From: Candidatus Binatia bacterium
Lineage (GTDB): Bacteria; Desulfobacterota; Binatia; HRBIN30
NCBI GenBank assembly: GCA_038245295.1
Contig: JBBRSP010000020.1
Coordinates: 35,765 to 99,764 of the forward strand
DNA: 64,000 bases
Direction of reading: 5' to 3'
Shown: positions 19,309 through 29,686 of the stretch, one piece after another
Layout: every line of letters starts with the position of its first letter
Position numbering within the stretch: the first letter of the stretch is position 1
Program-made: the position numbers and the translations under genes
Notes under the pieces: generated by a model
What the model saw: only the letters and a program-made list of their open reading frames with translations
Told to the model about the DNA's origin: nothing
Databases searched by the model: none

Positions 19309-20471
19309 CGGATGGCGTCCAGACCGGTGATGTCGCGCCCGAGGATGAGCGTGTGCATGTCGAAGGTGCCCTCGTAGGTGTTCACCGTCTCGAGGTTCAT
19401 CATGTGTCGAATGATTGGATACTCGTTGACGATACCGTTGGCGCCGAGGATGTCGCGGGCGACGCGCGCGATCGTCAACGCCTCGTCGACGTTGTTGCGT
19501 TTGGCGAGGGAGACGTGTTCGGGGCGCAGCTTGCCGGCGTCTTTCAGCTGTCCGAGTCGTAGCGCCAACAGCTGGGCCTTGGTGATCTCGGTGAGCATGT
19601 TGACGAGTTTCTGCTGCACCAGCTGGAAGCCCGCTAGAGGTTTGTCGAACTGCGTACGCGACTTCGCGTACTCCAGGGCTGTGTGGTAGCAACCCATCGC
19701 CGCCCCGACGACGCCCCAGACGATTCCGTAGCGTGCTTGCGTCAGGCAGGAGAAGGGGCCTTTCAAGCCGCGCACGCCGGGCAGGATGTTCTCCTTGGGA
19801 ATGCGCACGTCGTCGAGAACGAGCTCCGAGGTAATCGAGGCGCGCAGCGAGAACTTGCCTTTGATGTCGTGTGTGCTGAAGCCGGGGCGATCACGTTCGA
19901 CGAGGAAGCCGCGAATACCGTCGGTGGTTTTGGCCCAAACGATCGCGATATCCGAAACGCTGCCGTTGGTGATCCAGCGTTTGACCCCGCGTAAGACGTA
20001 GTGCGAGCCGTCGTCGATGGCGCGTGTCTCCATGTTGCCCGGATCTGAGCCGTGATCGGGCTCCGTGAGCCCGAAGCAGCCAATCGCTTTCCCGGCTGCC
20101 ATCGGCGGCAACCACTTCTGCTTCTGTTCCTCGCTGCCGAAAGCGTAGATCGGATACATGCACAAGGAGCCCTGCACCGACACCATCGAGCGTAGTCCGC
20201 TGTCGCAACGCTCGACTTCTTGACAGATCAAGCCATAGGAGACGTTGTTCAGGCCGGCGCATCCGTACCCTTTCAGGTTGGCGCCAAAGAACCCAAGCTC
20301 GGCCATGCGCGGAATAAGTTGTTTCGGAAACTGTTCGCGCGTGTGGTGGTCTTCAATGATCGGCTGGGCTTCACGGTCGACGAAATCGCGTACCGTCTTG
20401 CGAATCATCTTCTCCTCGTCCGTGAGCAAGTCGTCGATGCCGTAGTAGTCTACCCCGCTGAATGGCGTCAT
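19305..20471 (-). CDS. gcdH: Acyl-CoA dehydrogenase, glutaryl-CoA dehydrogenase-like
   Basis: AGGAGG site; DSGLRSMVSVQGSL, GCFGLTEPDHGSDP, SLRASIT, NLETVNTYEGT. Confidence 0.85.
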   Translation of the reverse strand: MTPFSGVDYYGIDDLLTDEEKMIRKTVRDFVDREAQPIIEDHHTREQFPKQLIPRMAELGFFGANLKGYGCAGLNNVSYGLICQEVERCDSGLRSMVSVQGSLCMYPIYAFGSEEQKQKWLPPMAAGKAIGCFGLTEPDHGSDPGNMETRAIDDGSHYVLRGVKRWITNGSVSDIAIVWAKTTDGIRGFLVERDRPGFSTHDIKGKFSLRASITSELVLDDVRIPKENILPGVRGLKGPFSCLTQARYGIVWGVVGAAMGCYHTALEYAKSRTQFDKPLAGFQLVQQKLVNMLTEITKAQLLALRLGQLKDAGKLRPEHVSLAKRNNVDEALTIARVARDILGANGIVNEYPIIRHMMNLETVNTYEGTFDMHTLILGRDITGLDAIR

Positions 20472-20517
20472 GTGGTCCTCCTGATGGCGCCGACGCGAAT
20501 AGCGCGCGGCGCGCGAA

Positions 20518-20567
20518 GAGAGAAGAGTGAACGGTGGAGACAGCCTCCACTCTTTCACTCTTCTCTC
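20518..20567. repeat. Strong hairpin in the gcdH/LysR intergenic region
   Basis: GAGAGAAGAGTGAA...TTCACTCTTCTCTC outer stem plus GTGGAG/CTCCAC inner stem. Confidence 0.6.
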
Positions 20568-20616
20568 CTCCGCCTTCGAGCGCCAATTCACGCGCATTAG
20601 TGAGTATCGGATTGCC

Positions 20617-20644
20617 TTGACACCGCGATCAGTACCGCTAACCT
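20617..20644 (+). promoter_or_regulatory. Sigma70 promoter of the LysR gene (probably leaderless)
   Basis: TTGACA-16 nt-TAACCT, 7 nt before the GTG start; no Shine-Dalgarno. Confidence 0.6.
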
Positions 20645-20651
20645 CACCCGC

Positions 20652-21551
20652 GTGCATATCGAAACGCTCAAGGTATTTTGCGACGTCGTCGAGACAGGCA
20701 GCTTCTCGGTGGCCGCGTCGCAGAACTTCATTACGCAGTCCGCGGTGAGTCAGCAGCTTCGCACGCTCGAATCGAAGTACCATTGCAAGTTGCTGGAGCG
20801 TGGTCGTTCCGGAGCCAAGCCGACTTCGGCGGGCGAGATCCTTTATCGCGCCAGCCGCGAGATCCTGGAGAAGTACCGCGAGATCGAAACCCAGTTGCAG
20901 GAAAGCGGCAAGGTAGTTGCCGGCCCGCTACGAATTGCCATCGTCTACAGCGTTGGCCTGCACGAACTGCCGCCGTACATGAAAGAGTACCTGCGCGAGT
21001 TCCCGCAAGTGAACGTTCATGTCGAGTACTCGCGACCGAACAAGATCTACGACGACGCCATTGCCGGTCGCATCGACCTTGGTATCGTCGCCTACCCAGC
21101 CAAACATCCCCAGGTGACGGTTCTGCCATTCCGCGAAGATCGTCTCGTTGTCGTCGTCCCACCCAACCATCCGTTTGCGAACCTGAAGAAATTGACCCTG
21201 AACAAGCTCAACGGCGAGGCCTTTGTCGGTTACGATCGCGATGTGGCGACACGCAAAGCGATCGATCAGCTGTTTCGTGATCGTGGCATCTCAGTCCGTT
21301 TTACCGGGGAATACGACAACATCGAAACGATCAAGCGTGCTGTCGAAATTGGCCAGGGCATCAGCATCGTTCCGCTCGCCTCCGTGCAGCATGAGGTCGA
21401 GCACGGCGTGCTGAAGGTGGTTCACCTCGCTGATGAGACACTGCTGCGCCCGCTTGGCATCGTGCACAAGAAGGGCCGCCATCTGTCACCCGCGTCGGTT
21501 AAGTTCATCGACGTTCTGCGTCGCCCCGAATTGCAGCAACTGCACGACTAG
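20652..21551 (+). CDS. LysR-family transcriptional regulator
   Basis: ETGSFSVAA...TQSAVSQQLRTLE helix-turn-helix, IDLGIV, IKRAVEIGQGIS. Confidence 0.95.
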   Translation: MHIETLKVFCDVVETGSFSVAASQNFITQSAVSQQLRTLESKYHCKLLERGRSGAKPTSAGEILYRASREILEKYREIETQLQESGKVVAGPLRIAIVYSVGLHELPPYMKEYLREFPQVNVHVEYSRPNKIYDDAIAGRIDLGIVAYPAKHPQVTVLPFREDRLVVVVPPNHPFANLKKLTLNKLNGEAFVGYDRDVATRKAIDQLFRDRGISVRFTGEYDNIETIKRAVEIGQGISIVPLASVQHEVEHGVLKVVHLADETLLRPLGIVHKKGRHLSPASVKFIDVLRRPELQQLHD

Positions 21552-21575
21552 CGCACCAGGCGGATACGTCAGACA

Positions 21576-23975
21576 TCACGCGCCGGCTTCGATCACCAGT
21601 CGTTCGGTCACGTCTGGTACGTCCGCTGGCTTCCACAGGGCGGACCGGAAATACTCGAAGTTCAACCAGCCGGCGCTGATCTCCTTGTAATACGTCGTCG
21701 CGATGTCGCCACTCGGTCCCGTGGTGTGGGCGAACCAGCCCTCGTCGGGCTTCGCCAGATCGCAGATGAAACGACTGGTGGCGCCGGCAAACGAACGCAA
21801 GCCGCCGCCCGCCGGAATAGCGATGCTTGGGCTGACGGTGTAGCCATCACCAACGAACGGCGCGTCAATGGCGGCAAAGTAACGCGCCAGTCCGGGAATC
21901 TCGGCGAGCACAGTGCCGACGCGCAAGCGATGGACTTTCCCCCAGGCCCAATCAGCTCCGCTCGGCCCAAACCGCGCCACCAACCCGTTGACCGTTGCTT
22001 CGAAGGCGGCGCGAACCAGTTTTGCCAACGTCATCTTCGCGGCGGCCTCGACGCTCTGGCGCAGAGGATCCGTCGTGTTACGCAGCAGTCGATGCAACCG
22101 CGGAATGGCCCGCCGCGAGTTGAGCAATTGTTTGCCCGTCTGCGGACCCAGTAACGGGATGAAGCAACGTGCCACCAGATCACGTAGCAACAGGGCGTAT
22201 ACACTGGCAGCGCTCGAATCGGCGGAGAACACGCCATCCCATCCCCGCAAGGCGAGATAGGCGGCGGCCGTCGGCTCCGGTGGGCCGCTCAAGTCTCCCA
22301 ACAACTCGAGGATGGCGTCGCGCACCGGGATCGCATAGTCGCAGCCGATATCGCGCTGTTGGGCCGCAAACGTGTCGACGGAATGATCCGTTCGGCTGGC
22401 CAGGAACGCCTCGATGCGATCTTGGCGATAACGCGGCTCCGGATGGGTGGCCGAGTGCAGCTTGTTGTTCTGGGCGGGGTCCGTGTAGGAGTTGGCACTG
22501 CAGACATAACCACGCTCCGGATTGATTAGCTTGGGGTTTTCGGAGAACGGCAGGAAGCCTTGCCATTGGGCGTCCGGATCGTCTGCGTCGCGCACGAACA
22601 GTCCGTCCTTGCTGCGACGTGGCAATCGCCCATAGGGCTCCCAGGCGATGTGCCCGTCCTTGTGGGCGTAGAGATGGTTAAAATCAAATGGGCCGTTGTT
22701 GATCTCGGCGAGCGCGGCCTGGTGTTCGTCGACACTCTTGGCCGCCGCCAATTGCCGATAGCCGCGGACGAACGCGCCGGCGTCGGAAGGGGTATAACGC
22801 AGGGCGAGATCGACGCCATCGTGATGCTTCCACCCCGGATAGATGATGCCGTGTTCGCATGATTCCCATTGCAAAGGAACATCACGGCCGAAGCGTACCG
22901 TGTGTGACTCTTGATGCAGGCGAATCTCGCCTTCGCCGGCTGCCGTGCGATAGCGCTGCGGCTTTCCGGCAATGCGGTGGATGCGCGCCAAGTCCCAGGC
23001 ATCGCGATAGGCTGTCGTTACACCCCAGGCCAGGTAGCCGTTGTGGCCGTAGCCGAAGATCGGACAGCCGAGCATGAGACCGCCTTGGATGCGGTAGCTC
23101 GGGCACTCGAGGTGCGCGTGGTACCAGAAGGTTGGTGCCGGCAGGAACGGGACGTGCGGGTCTGCCGCAAACACCGGAGCGTTGGCCGCGGCGCGCGCGC
23201 CATTGACCGCCCAATTGTTGCTGCCCGTTCCTCCCATGTGAATCGGCGGCTCGGGTTCAGGACCCGGCGTCGGTACGTATGACCGGGGAGCGTTTTCCCA
23301 CGGCGCTTCGGGGTAGAATTGGCGGGCGACTTGATCGCCGACAGCGCCGCGTACCGCATCGAAGATGAGTTCTGTTTCGAGCGGCGCCAGCGCAACCGTG
23401 AGGGCGCAGGTGCGCGCCGAGAGCAGCGCGTCGCTCGGCTTCCACGGGCGCAACGGTCCCAACAGCAAGTGATCGGCAGGATAGACGCCGCGCATGCTGC
23501 GCAGGGCGGCATTCATGCCGGCGGCGAAGGCGTCGAGGCACTCGCGTGTGTCGCCGTCGAGTTGTTCGTACTCACGTTCGCTCTGTGCTTCGAAGTCGAG
23601 TGCTCGTACGAACAGGTCCATGTCGGCGACGCGCCGGCCGGGGAAGAGGTCGCTGCCCTTCGGCATGGCAAAGTTGCCGATCAACTCCGTCATTCGTCCC
23701 GAGCCGAGGTGTCTCAGGATGTCGAGTACGGCAAAGCGATCAGCGCCTTGCAGGTAACCGAGTGCCGCAAACAGGTCCGACTCGTGGTCGGCATAGATGT
23801 GCGGGATACCACGGCGATCGCGCAGGATTTCGACGCGGCCGCGCATCGCCGGCAAGTTGGCCGCCGTGAGGGCCGGGAAGGTCACCGGGCGCGGGCCGCG
23901 AGTGATGCTGCGGATGGTGCGCAGAATCATTGCGAGCCGGCGCTTCGGACCGAGTTGAGTGATCTGTTCGTACAT
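21576..23975 (-). CDS. Penicillin acylase family Ntn-hydrolase
   Basis: RDRRGIPHIYA, GSNNWAV nucleophile, DPH, SAN. Start reassigned to ATG at 23975. Confidence 0.9.
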   Translation of the reverse strand: MYEQITQLGPKRRLAMILRTIRSITRGPRPVTFPALTAANLPAMRGRVEILRDRRGIPHIYADHESDLFAALGYLQGADRFAVLDILRHLGSGRMTELIGNFAMPKGSDLFPGRRVADMDLFVRALDFEAQSEREYEQLDGDTRECLDAFAAGMNAALRSMRGVYPADHLLLGPLRPWKPSDALLSARTCALTVALAPLETELIFDAVRGAVGDQVARQFYPEAPWENAPRSYVPTPGPEPEPPIHMGGTGSNNWAVNGARAAANAPVFAADPHVPFLPAPTFWYHAHLECPSYRIQGGLMLGCPIFGYGHNGYLAWGVTTAYRDAWDLARIHRIAGKPQRYRTAAGEGEIRLHQESHTVRFGRDVPLQWESCEHGIIYPGWKHHDGVDLALRYTPSDAGAFVRGYRQLAAAKSVDEHQAALAEINNGPFDFNHLYAHKDGHIAWEPYGRLPRRSKDGLFVRDADDPDAQWQGFLPFSENPKLINPERGYVCSANSYTDPAQNNKLHSATHPEPRYRQDRIEAFLASRTDHSVDTFAAQQRDIGCDYAIPVRDAILELLGDLSGPPEPTAAAYLALRGWDGVFSADSSAASVYALLLRDLVARCFIPLLGPQTGKQLLNSRRAIPRLHRLLRNTTDPLRQSVEAAAKMTLAKLVRAAFEATVNGLVARFGPSGADWAWGKVHRLRVGTVLAEIPGLARYFAAIDAPFVGDGYTVSPSIAIPAGGGLRSFAGATSRFICDLAKPDEGWFAHTTGPSGDIATTYYKEISAGWLNFEYFRSALWKPADVPDVTERLVIEAGA

Positions 23976-23995
23976 GGAGGCCCCGATCGGTTCGA

Positions 23996-25693
23996 TTACT
24001 CGATTTGCCAACGCTCGGGAAGCAAGGCAAGCGGTGTCAGGGGCTGGATGTCGGTTTCGATGGCAGCCGAAATTTCGCGGACCCAGGAGGGCAGGGCGGC
24101 ACGAATGCGTGTGTCGGCGGCCAGACCAAGGCGCGACGCCAACCCGTGCTCTTTTGGGTACAACTCCAGGTGCACTTCCTTCCCAGCGTCGATCTGGGCC
24201 GCACTCTTGGCAGCGGCGATGGCGGCGCGTAACCCACCCAGCTCGTCCACCAGGCCGTTTTCCTTGGCCTGCGCTCCGGTCCATACGCGTCCGCGACCCA
24301 ATTCGTTGACACGCTCCGACGGCAGGTTGCGGCCTTTGGCGACGCGGTCGACGAACGTGTCGTAGATGTAGTGCATCTCGTCGACCAACTTGGCGCGCAT
24401 CTCGGGGGAGAGAGGTGTGGTCAGATCGTTGGCGGCCGCATGGCGCCCGCGCGAGATTGTTTCACCGGTAATGCCGAGCCGCTCGAGCAGGCGACCGATC
24501 GCCGGGCGGGCGAAGACGACACCGATCGAGCCCGTGATCGTCGTGGGTTGCGCCAGGATTCGGGTTGCGGCGGCGGCCACATAGTAGCCGCCCGAGGCGG
24601 CGACATCGGACATCGATACGATCACCGGCTTGTGCTCCTTCGCCTCGATGACCGCGCGCCAGATCAACTCCGAACCGAGCGCCGACCCGCCCGGGCTGTC
24701 GATGCGGAAGACGATCGCCTTGACGTCCTTGGCCTTGCTGGCGTCGCGCAACGACTTGCTGACGCCTTCGGCGCCGAGCACGTTATTCTGGCCTGCTTTG
24801 TCGTTGGAGACGACATTGCCGACGCCATAAACGATGGCGATGGTCGGGCCCTCCTCGAGCTTCAACGATTCGGGCGTGACGTGCATGTACTTTGCTGTGG
24901 TGACCAGGGGGATCTTATCGCCGCCGACTTCCTCGGCGATGTCCTGCAGGTGTTTGGTGCCGTCTGACAAGTGCGCCGCCTCATACTCGCTCGGGCGCGA
25001 AGGACACTCATCGATCAGCCTCTGGACTTCCACCGGATCAAGGTTGCGCGCCTGGGCGATGGTGCCGACGAACTGGGCGTTCAAGCTGTCGAGCATCTCG
25101 TTGGTCATCTGCCGGTGCGCCGGACTCATTTCTTTGTTGATGATCATGTCGCCGAATGTCTTGTACTCGGCGATCTTTTCCACCTGCATGTCGATATCGA
25201 GTTTCTCCCAGACGCCGCCGAGGAAGATCGCATGTGTCGCCAGTCCACTCAGTGGCGCGGTCGTCGCGGGTGCCAAGTAGATACGATCGGCGGCGGTTGC
25301 CAGGAAGTACTCGGCATTGGCACTACCAGCTTCGTTTACCATCAGCGCCAATAGGGGTTTGCCGGATTGTTTATATTCGATCAGTGCATCGCGCAGGTCC
25401 TGGAGTTTGCCCCACCCGACATCGAGACTGCGGATGCGAACCACGACCCCTTTGATGCGTTTGTCGTGCTGGGCGTTGCGGATCGTCGTCAGGATCTCGA
25501 TGAGCACCGGATTGCCGCCGCTGAACCAGCGACCGATCAGATCCTCTGGGGGGCCATCGGCGTAATTGCCGCCGAGATCGAGGAGCAGATAACTCCCATC
25601 GGCGATGCTGGGTGAGGAATGTTTGGCTCGGTAGGTGAGGAACCCTGCCCCAGCGATGATCAGCAGCAAAATGATCCAACGGCGTCGGCGCAT
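23996..25693 (-). CDS. sppA: Signal peptide peptidase SppA, long form
   Basis: RIDSPGGS, VAASGGYY, TITGSIGV, GRVWTGAQA, LVDELGG. Confidence 0.93.
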   Translation of the reverse strand: MRRRRWIILLLIIAGAGFLTYRAKHSSPSIADGSYLLLDLGGNYADGPPEDLIGRWFSGGNPVLIEILTTIRNAQHDKRIKGVVVRIRSLDVGWGKLQDLRDALIEYKQSGKPLLALMVNEAGSANAEYFLATAADRIYLAPATTAPLSGLATHAIFLGGVWEKLDIDMQVEKIAEYKTFGDMIINKEMSPAHRQMTNEMLDSLNAQFVGTIAQARNLDPVEVQRLIDECPSRPSEYEAAHLSDGTKHLQDIAEEVGGDKIPLVTTAKYMHVTPESLKLEEGPTIAIVYGVGNVVSNDKAGQNNVLGAEGVSKSLRDASKAKDVKAIVFRIDSPGGSALGSELIWRAVIEAKEHKPVIVSMSDVAASGGYYVAAAATRILAQPTTITGSIGVVFARPAIGRLLERLGITGETISRGRHAAANDLTTPLSPEMRAKLVDEMHYIYDTFVDRVAKGRNLPSERVNELGRGRVWTGAQAKENGLVDELGGLRAAIAAAKSAAQIDAGKEVHLELYPKEHGLASRLGLAADTRIRAALPSWVREISAAIETDIQPLTPLALLPERWQIE

Positions 25694-25722
25694 CGGGCTT
25701 CTCCTTCGTTCTCCCGCAACAA

Positions 25723-27492
25723 TTACAGCATGAATCGGGCGGCCGCGTAGAGGCTGTGGATCATGGGCAAATCATGCTCACCCCACGATCCCTTGCGGCG
25801 TGCCTCGATGCTACCCGCAAGCTCGAGCGCGCGCGCGAAGACGGCATCCGCCGGCTCACCGGTGCGCGCCTCGTGGGCCACGCCTTCGAGCACCATCTCG
25901 CCGTAGCGTGCCAGTAAGCCGAGATCACGCAAGTGCTCGTCGCGCGTCGCCAGCAGCATGTCGGCGGCCGCAGCCAGGGCCGGCGTGGCGCCATCGATGG
26001 CGTGGGCCACCTTCTTGGCGCGCTCGGGTTGGCGCGGCGCCAGGCGAACGTCGCCGTAGGTGGCGATCGTGCTCCACGTCGCCTCCAACTGCGCCAACGC
26101 CCGCCGCGCCATTGTGGCGTGCTCGCCGAAGCTTGCCCAATACGTCTCGCACAGAGGGCCTTCGTCGATACCGCTGGTGCGCGCCGCAAAACGGTGGAAG
26201 TTGGGAGCATAGGCAAACGCGCTGAAGCGACCGAACTGCAACATGAGAACGTCGCGAATGCAGAGTTTGCGGAAATAGGCCAGGTCAGCCTCGATCACAT
26301 GCGTCAGCCCGATGCCGCAGCCGAAGTACAAGATGGCGTCGCCGTAATACTCGAAGACACGCACGCGTTCGGCGCCGAAGCGCTCGACATAACCTTCGAG
26401 GGCGGCCGCATAGCGCCGGTTCGTGGCGCAGGTCGACGCGTCCAACGCGTGCCCGTAACAACGCTCGCGCGGCGCAAATTCGCAGACGACTCCCGGTGCC
26501 GGCGCAATCGATAGGTGCGGGTCGATGGTGTCGTGGTAGGCCAGGTAGCACACTGGCCGTGATAGACGGGCATCATTGAGCGCCGCCGCCACGGCGTTGC
26601 ACACTCGCAGGTTCTGGTCCTGGACGCTGAAGGGCCGACACGCCTCGCAACTGCACCATGCCCCAGTGAACACGTCGGCACCCCAGATGTGTAGCGCCGA
26701 TTGCTCCGGATATTCTTGCACGTAGCGCATCGCATTGGCGCGCACGACACGCATGGCGTCGTCGTTGCTCGTGCAGACATTCGCATCCTGGCTGCGCTCA
26801 CCCTCGCGATTGACGGGAAAGTATTGCGGGTGGATCGCGAATTCTTCGCGTGGCAGGAGCAGGGGGATGACATGCCCGCCGTATTCGACGTCGATGCCGC
26901 GCTCGGCGAACGTGGGCAGAAGCTCGGGGATCGTGAGTTGGGTATCGAAGGGATGACGAATGAACAGAAAGGTGTTCGCCCCACTCTTGCCCATCCAATC
27001 AATGAAGTGGCGATCATCGGGGAGACGCGCCGCCAAGGCTTCGGGCTGCGTGTAGTGCCAGGTCATGATGTCGGTTGTGTATCCGCGAATCCGGAAGGGC
27101 GCCGCGTGGTGCGCCGACTCGACGTCGATGCTTCCATCCATCCGTGGCACGTATTCGTCGATCTCTGGCAACAGGGACCAGCGGCAACCGCACTGTGTGA
27201 GCAGCGCGTAGACGGCGTCGAGCAGGTCGCGCGCCGAGCCGCCGCGCAGCGTTACACCGCCCGCGGTTGCCTCGATTCTGTAGTCGTTGGACGGCAAGGT
27301 GTTTCCGGCTGTCGGCGCCGTTGCGCTTCCAAGGAGCAGCGTGTTGGGCGGCAAGGCCGGGTCAAGCGTGTGGCCGATTGTGGCTCCGGTCAGCCGGTGC
27401 AAGTAACGCTGCAGTTCGTCGACGGCGAAACGCGCGGTGGGACTGCTGTCACAGGCACGAACGGTGAGCTGCGAAAGTTGGATACGTGGCAT
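25723..27492 (-). CDS. DUF4838-like / glycoside-hydrolase-fold protein
   Basis: AVDELQRYL, AVYALL..CGCRW, HPQYF, WCSCEAC, YLAYHDT, VFEYY. Confidence 0.7.
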   Translation of the reverse strand: MPRIQLSQLTVRACDSSPTARFAVDELQRYLHRLTGATIGHTLDPALPPNTLLLGSATAPTAGNTLPSNDYRIEATAGGVTLRGGSARDLLDAVYALLTQCGCRWSLLPEIDEYVPRMDGSIDVESAHHAAPFRIRGYTTDIMTWHYTQPEALAARLPDDRHFIDWMGKSGANTFLFIRHPFDTQLTIPELLPTFAERGIDVEYGGHVIPLLLPREEFAIHPQYFPVNREGERSQDANVCTSNDDAMRVVRANAMRYVQEYPEQSALHIWGADVFTGAWCSCEACRPFSVQDQNLRVCNAVAAALNDARLSRPVCYLAYHDTIDPHLSIAPAPGVVCEFAPRERCYGHALDASTCATNRRYAAALEGYVERFGAERVRVFEYYGDAILYFGCGIGLTHVIEADLAYFRKLCIRDVLMLQFGRFSAFAYAPNFHRFAARTSGIDEGPLCETYWASFGEHATMARRALAQLEATWSTIATYGDVRLAPRQPERAKKVAHAIDGATPALAAAADMLLATRDEHLRDLGLLARYGEMVLEGVAHEARTGEPADAVFARALELAGSIEARRKGSWGEHDLPMIHSLYAAARFML

Positions 27493-27597
27493 AGGTGATG
27501 GTCATTTCTCCGGGGCAGGGAATGCTTCTATAGCAGCGCTGCCGTGGTGCCAACCGCTACTCGGCGGCAGTGCGGGTCAGCTCGACACGATTCCGGC

Positions 27598-28290
27598 CTA
27601 CGGAGTCATCAGCCAGCTGTAGCCCCGGCGTAGCGCTTCGTGCCCGCCGCTTTCGAGAACGTCCCCATGCGCTACAATGACGCGATCGAAGTCCCAGCTG
27701 AGAATGCGCTCGAGACTTTGACGTGCGGCAAGCCGATCACGAATCAGCCACGGGTCGAGTTTGGACGGGCCGAAGTGGCCATAGCTGCGCAAGAGTTTCA
27801 TCAGCAGCCTTGTTGGCGTAGCGGTCGCGGCGCCGAAGTTGAAGGCCAGATCGCACAGGATGAGCGTGCGACTGGGCTGGTGAAAAAAGACGACTTCGTT
27901 CTCGTAAGGACGTCCGCGAAAGAAGGTTTGCTGGACCTCATCGCGCCATTCCTCGGGTGACTCATCACCGAGCACCGCTTCGAAGATGAGGTCGGGGCGT
28001 TTGCGCTCGAGCCCGGGGCCGATCCACAGCCGTGACTGTGGATACGCTTTGGCCACGTCGCCGGCGTACAGGTGATGAACCCTGTTTGGGGCGACCGCGT
28101 AGGTGACCGATCCGAGTGCGTCGAGCTCATTGCGGAGCTGGTTATCCAAGGTCACCGGCGAGTGCAGCAGGAGACGATTGCCGGATAGTCGGATCACGGT
28201 CATCCGCGTCCCGACCGGCAGCCCGTAGAAGGTCTGCGGCCGCTCAGCGACCCAAAGATCTTGCGCCAACTGTCGAAGAGGTCGAGGCAT
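27598..28290 (-). CDS. DUF4336 family protein (metallo-beta-lactamase-like fold)
   Basis: RMTVIRL, LHSPV, APNRVHHLY, EVVFFH, WDFDRVIVAHG. Confidence 0.88.
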   Translation of the reverse strand: MPRPLRQLAQDLWVAERPQTFYGLPVGTRMTVIRLSGNRLLLHSPVTLDNQLRNELDALGSVTYAVAPNRVHHLYAGDVAKAYPQSRLWIGPGLERKRPDLIFEAVLGDESPEEWRDEVQQTFFRGRPYENEVVFFHQPSRTLILCDLAFNFGAATATPTRLLMKLLRSYGHFGPSKLDPWLIRDRLAARQSLERILSWDFDRVIVAHGDVLESGGHEALRRGYSWLMTP

Positions 28291-28382
28291 GGTGGGTGAG
28301 AACCTAGACTCAGTGTCCCAAGACAATCAACCGCGGCGCCCGAACGGGTAGTGAATCCGTTTGATTGCCAAGGGGGAGGCAA

Positions 28383-28521
28383 CGTCATCCCGGCGAAAGC
28401 CGGGATCTCCTCGAGTGGAATTGCTGGGGAGATACCGGCTTTCGCCGGTATGACGGGGGTGTTTGCGCAGTTTCAAACGATGAATTAGAGAAAATCGACA
28501 CACTCGTTCGCCGGAATGACG
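28383..28521 (+). repeat. Composite REP-like palindromic module, copy 1
   Basis: CGTCATCCCGGCGAAAGCCGGGATC ... GATACCGGCTTTCGCCGGTATGACG ... TTCGCCGGAATGACG; homologous copies at 60182-60492. Confidence 0.85.
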
Positions 28522-28581
28522 AATCCGCGGCGCCCGCAGGTGATTTGGCGCCTGCCCCATTCCTGCTAACGTCGCGCCGCC

Positions 28582-29502
28582 ATGGTCGATGATCTGCTTG
28601 GTCACATCCTGCAATCGACGGTGACGATGGCGGTGCCGCTCATCTTCGCGGCATTGGGCGAGTTGCTGGCGGAGCGTGCCGGCATCGTCAACATCGGCCT
28701 CGAAGGCATGATGCTCACCGGCGCCTTCGCGGCGATGGTGGTGACTCATCTCTCCGGCTCGCCGTGGTGCGGTGTGCTTGCCGCCATGGCGTCCGCCGCG
28801 ATCCTCGCGGCGCTCTTTGCCGCCGTGGTGATTGGCCGGCGCGCCAATCAGGTTGTTGTCGGCACGGCCATGAATCTGCTGGCAATCGGCGTTACCGGAG
28901 TTGCCTATCGCGCGGTCTTTGGTGTGACCGGAACCGCCCTGACGATTGCGACAATCGCGCCCACCCGGGTGCCCGGCCTCGCCGACGTGCCGGTCGTGGG
29001 TGCGGCATTCTTTGCGCAGCCGGCCCTGGGCTATCTGGCCTTTGCTCTGGTACCCCTGACAGCGTTTGTCCTGGGACACACGTTGGTCGGCCTCCGGCTT
29101 CGCATGACGGGTGAAAACCCGCGCGCCGCGGCTGCCCAGGGAGTCGCGGTCGGGCGCGTGCAAGTGACCGCGATGTTGTGTTGCGGCGCCTTGGCGGGCC
29201 TCGGCGGCGCCTATCTCGCCATCTGCTACGCACGGACGTTCATCGAAGGCATGTCGGCCGGGCGTGGTTTCATCGCGCTGGCCATCGTGATTTTTGGACG
29301 GTGGTCGGCATTGGGCGTGCTCGGCGCCGCGCTGCTGTTCGGCATGGCAACGGCGCTGCAATTCCACGTGCAGGCGCTTGGATTGCAAATTCCCTATCAG
29401 TTCCTGCTCGCGTTGCCCTACGTGTTGACGCTGCTGGTGCTGGTGCTGTCGTCCAGCCGTTCCCGAGCCCCGGCGGCGCTTGGGAGTGCCACCGATGGCT
29501 GA
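28582..29502 (+). CDS. ABC transporter permease (nucleoside/simple sugar type), orphan
   Basis: AERAGIVNIGLEGMML, GENPRAA, AGRGFIALA, ALPYVLT. Confidence 0.92.
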   Translation: MVDDLLGHILQSTVTMAVPLIFAALGELLAERAGIVNIGLEGMMLTGAFAAMVVTHLSGSPWCGVLAAMASAAILAALFAAVVIGRRANQVVVGTAMNLLAIGVTGVAYRAVFGVTGTALTIATIAPTRVPGLADVPVVGAAFFAQPALGYLAFALVPLTAFVLGHTLVGLRLRMTGENPRAAAAQGVAVGRVQVTAMLCCGALAGLGGAYLAICYARTFIEGMSAGRGFIALAIVIFGRWSALGVLGAALLFGMATALQFHVQALGLQIPYQFLLALPYVLTLLVLVLSSSRSRAPAALGSATDG

Positions 29503-29575
29503 TGTAGGCGAGCTTGCCCCCGTTGTTCTCGAGGGTGCATAGGTGCGCGAACGCAGGCAGGGATGGGGTGAGGTG

Positions 29576-29686
29576 TCAGAACAGCGGTGGGATGTCGCGG
29601 GCGCCGCTGAGGATGCGCACGACGACGTAATCCCAGATGGCTTCGAGGTCATCACTTGCGGCCGGACGGAACTGCAGGCGATTCAT
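29576..29686 (-). pseudogene. parE: ParE/RelE toxin with large in-frame internal deletion (36 aa)
   Basis: MNRLQFRPAASDDLEAIWDYV joined directly to VVRILSGARDIPPLF*; ATGA overlap with the antitoxin stop. Confidence 0.8.

Noticed and set aside
27537..27553. Sigma54 promoter upstream of the DUF4838-like gene
   Set aside because: TGGCAC with GG-N10-GC spacing is present, but the -12 element (CAGC) is poor and could be chance in GC-rich DNA.
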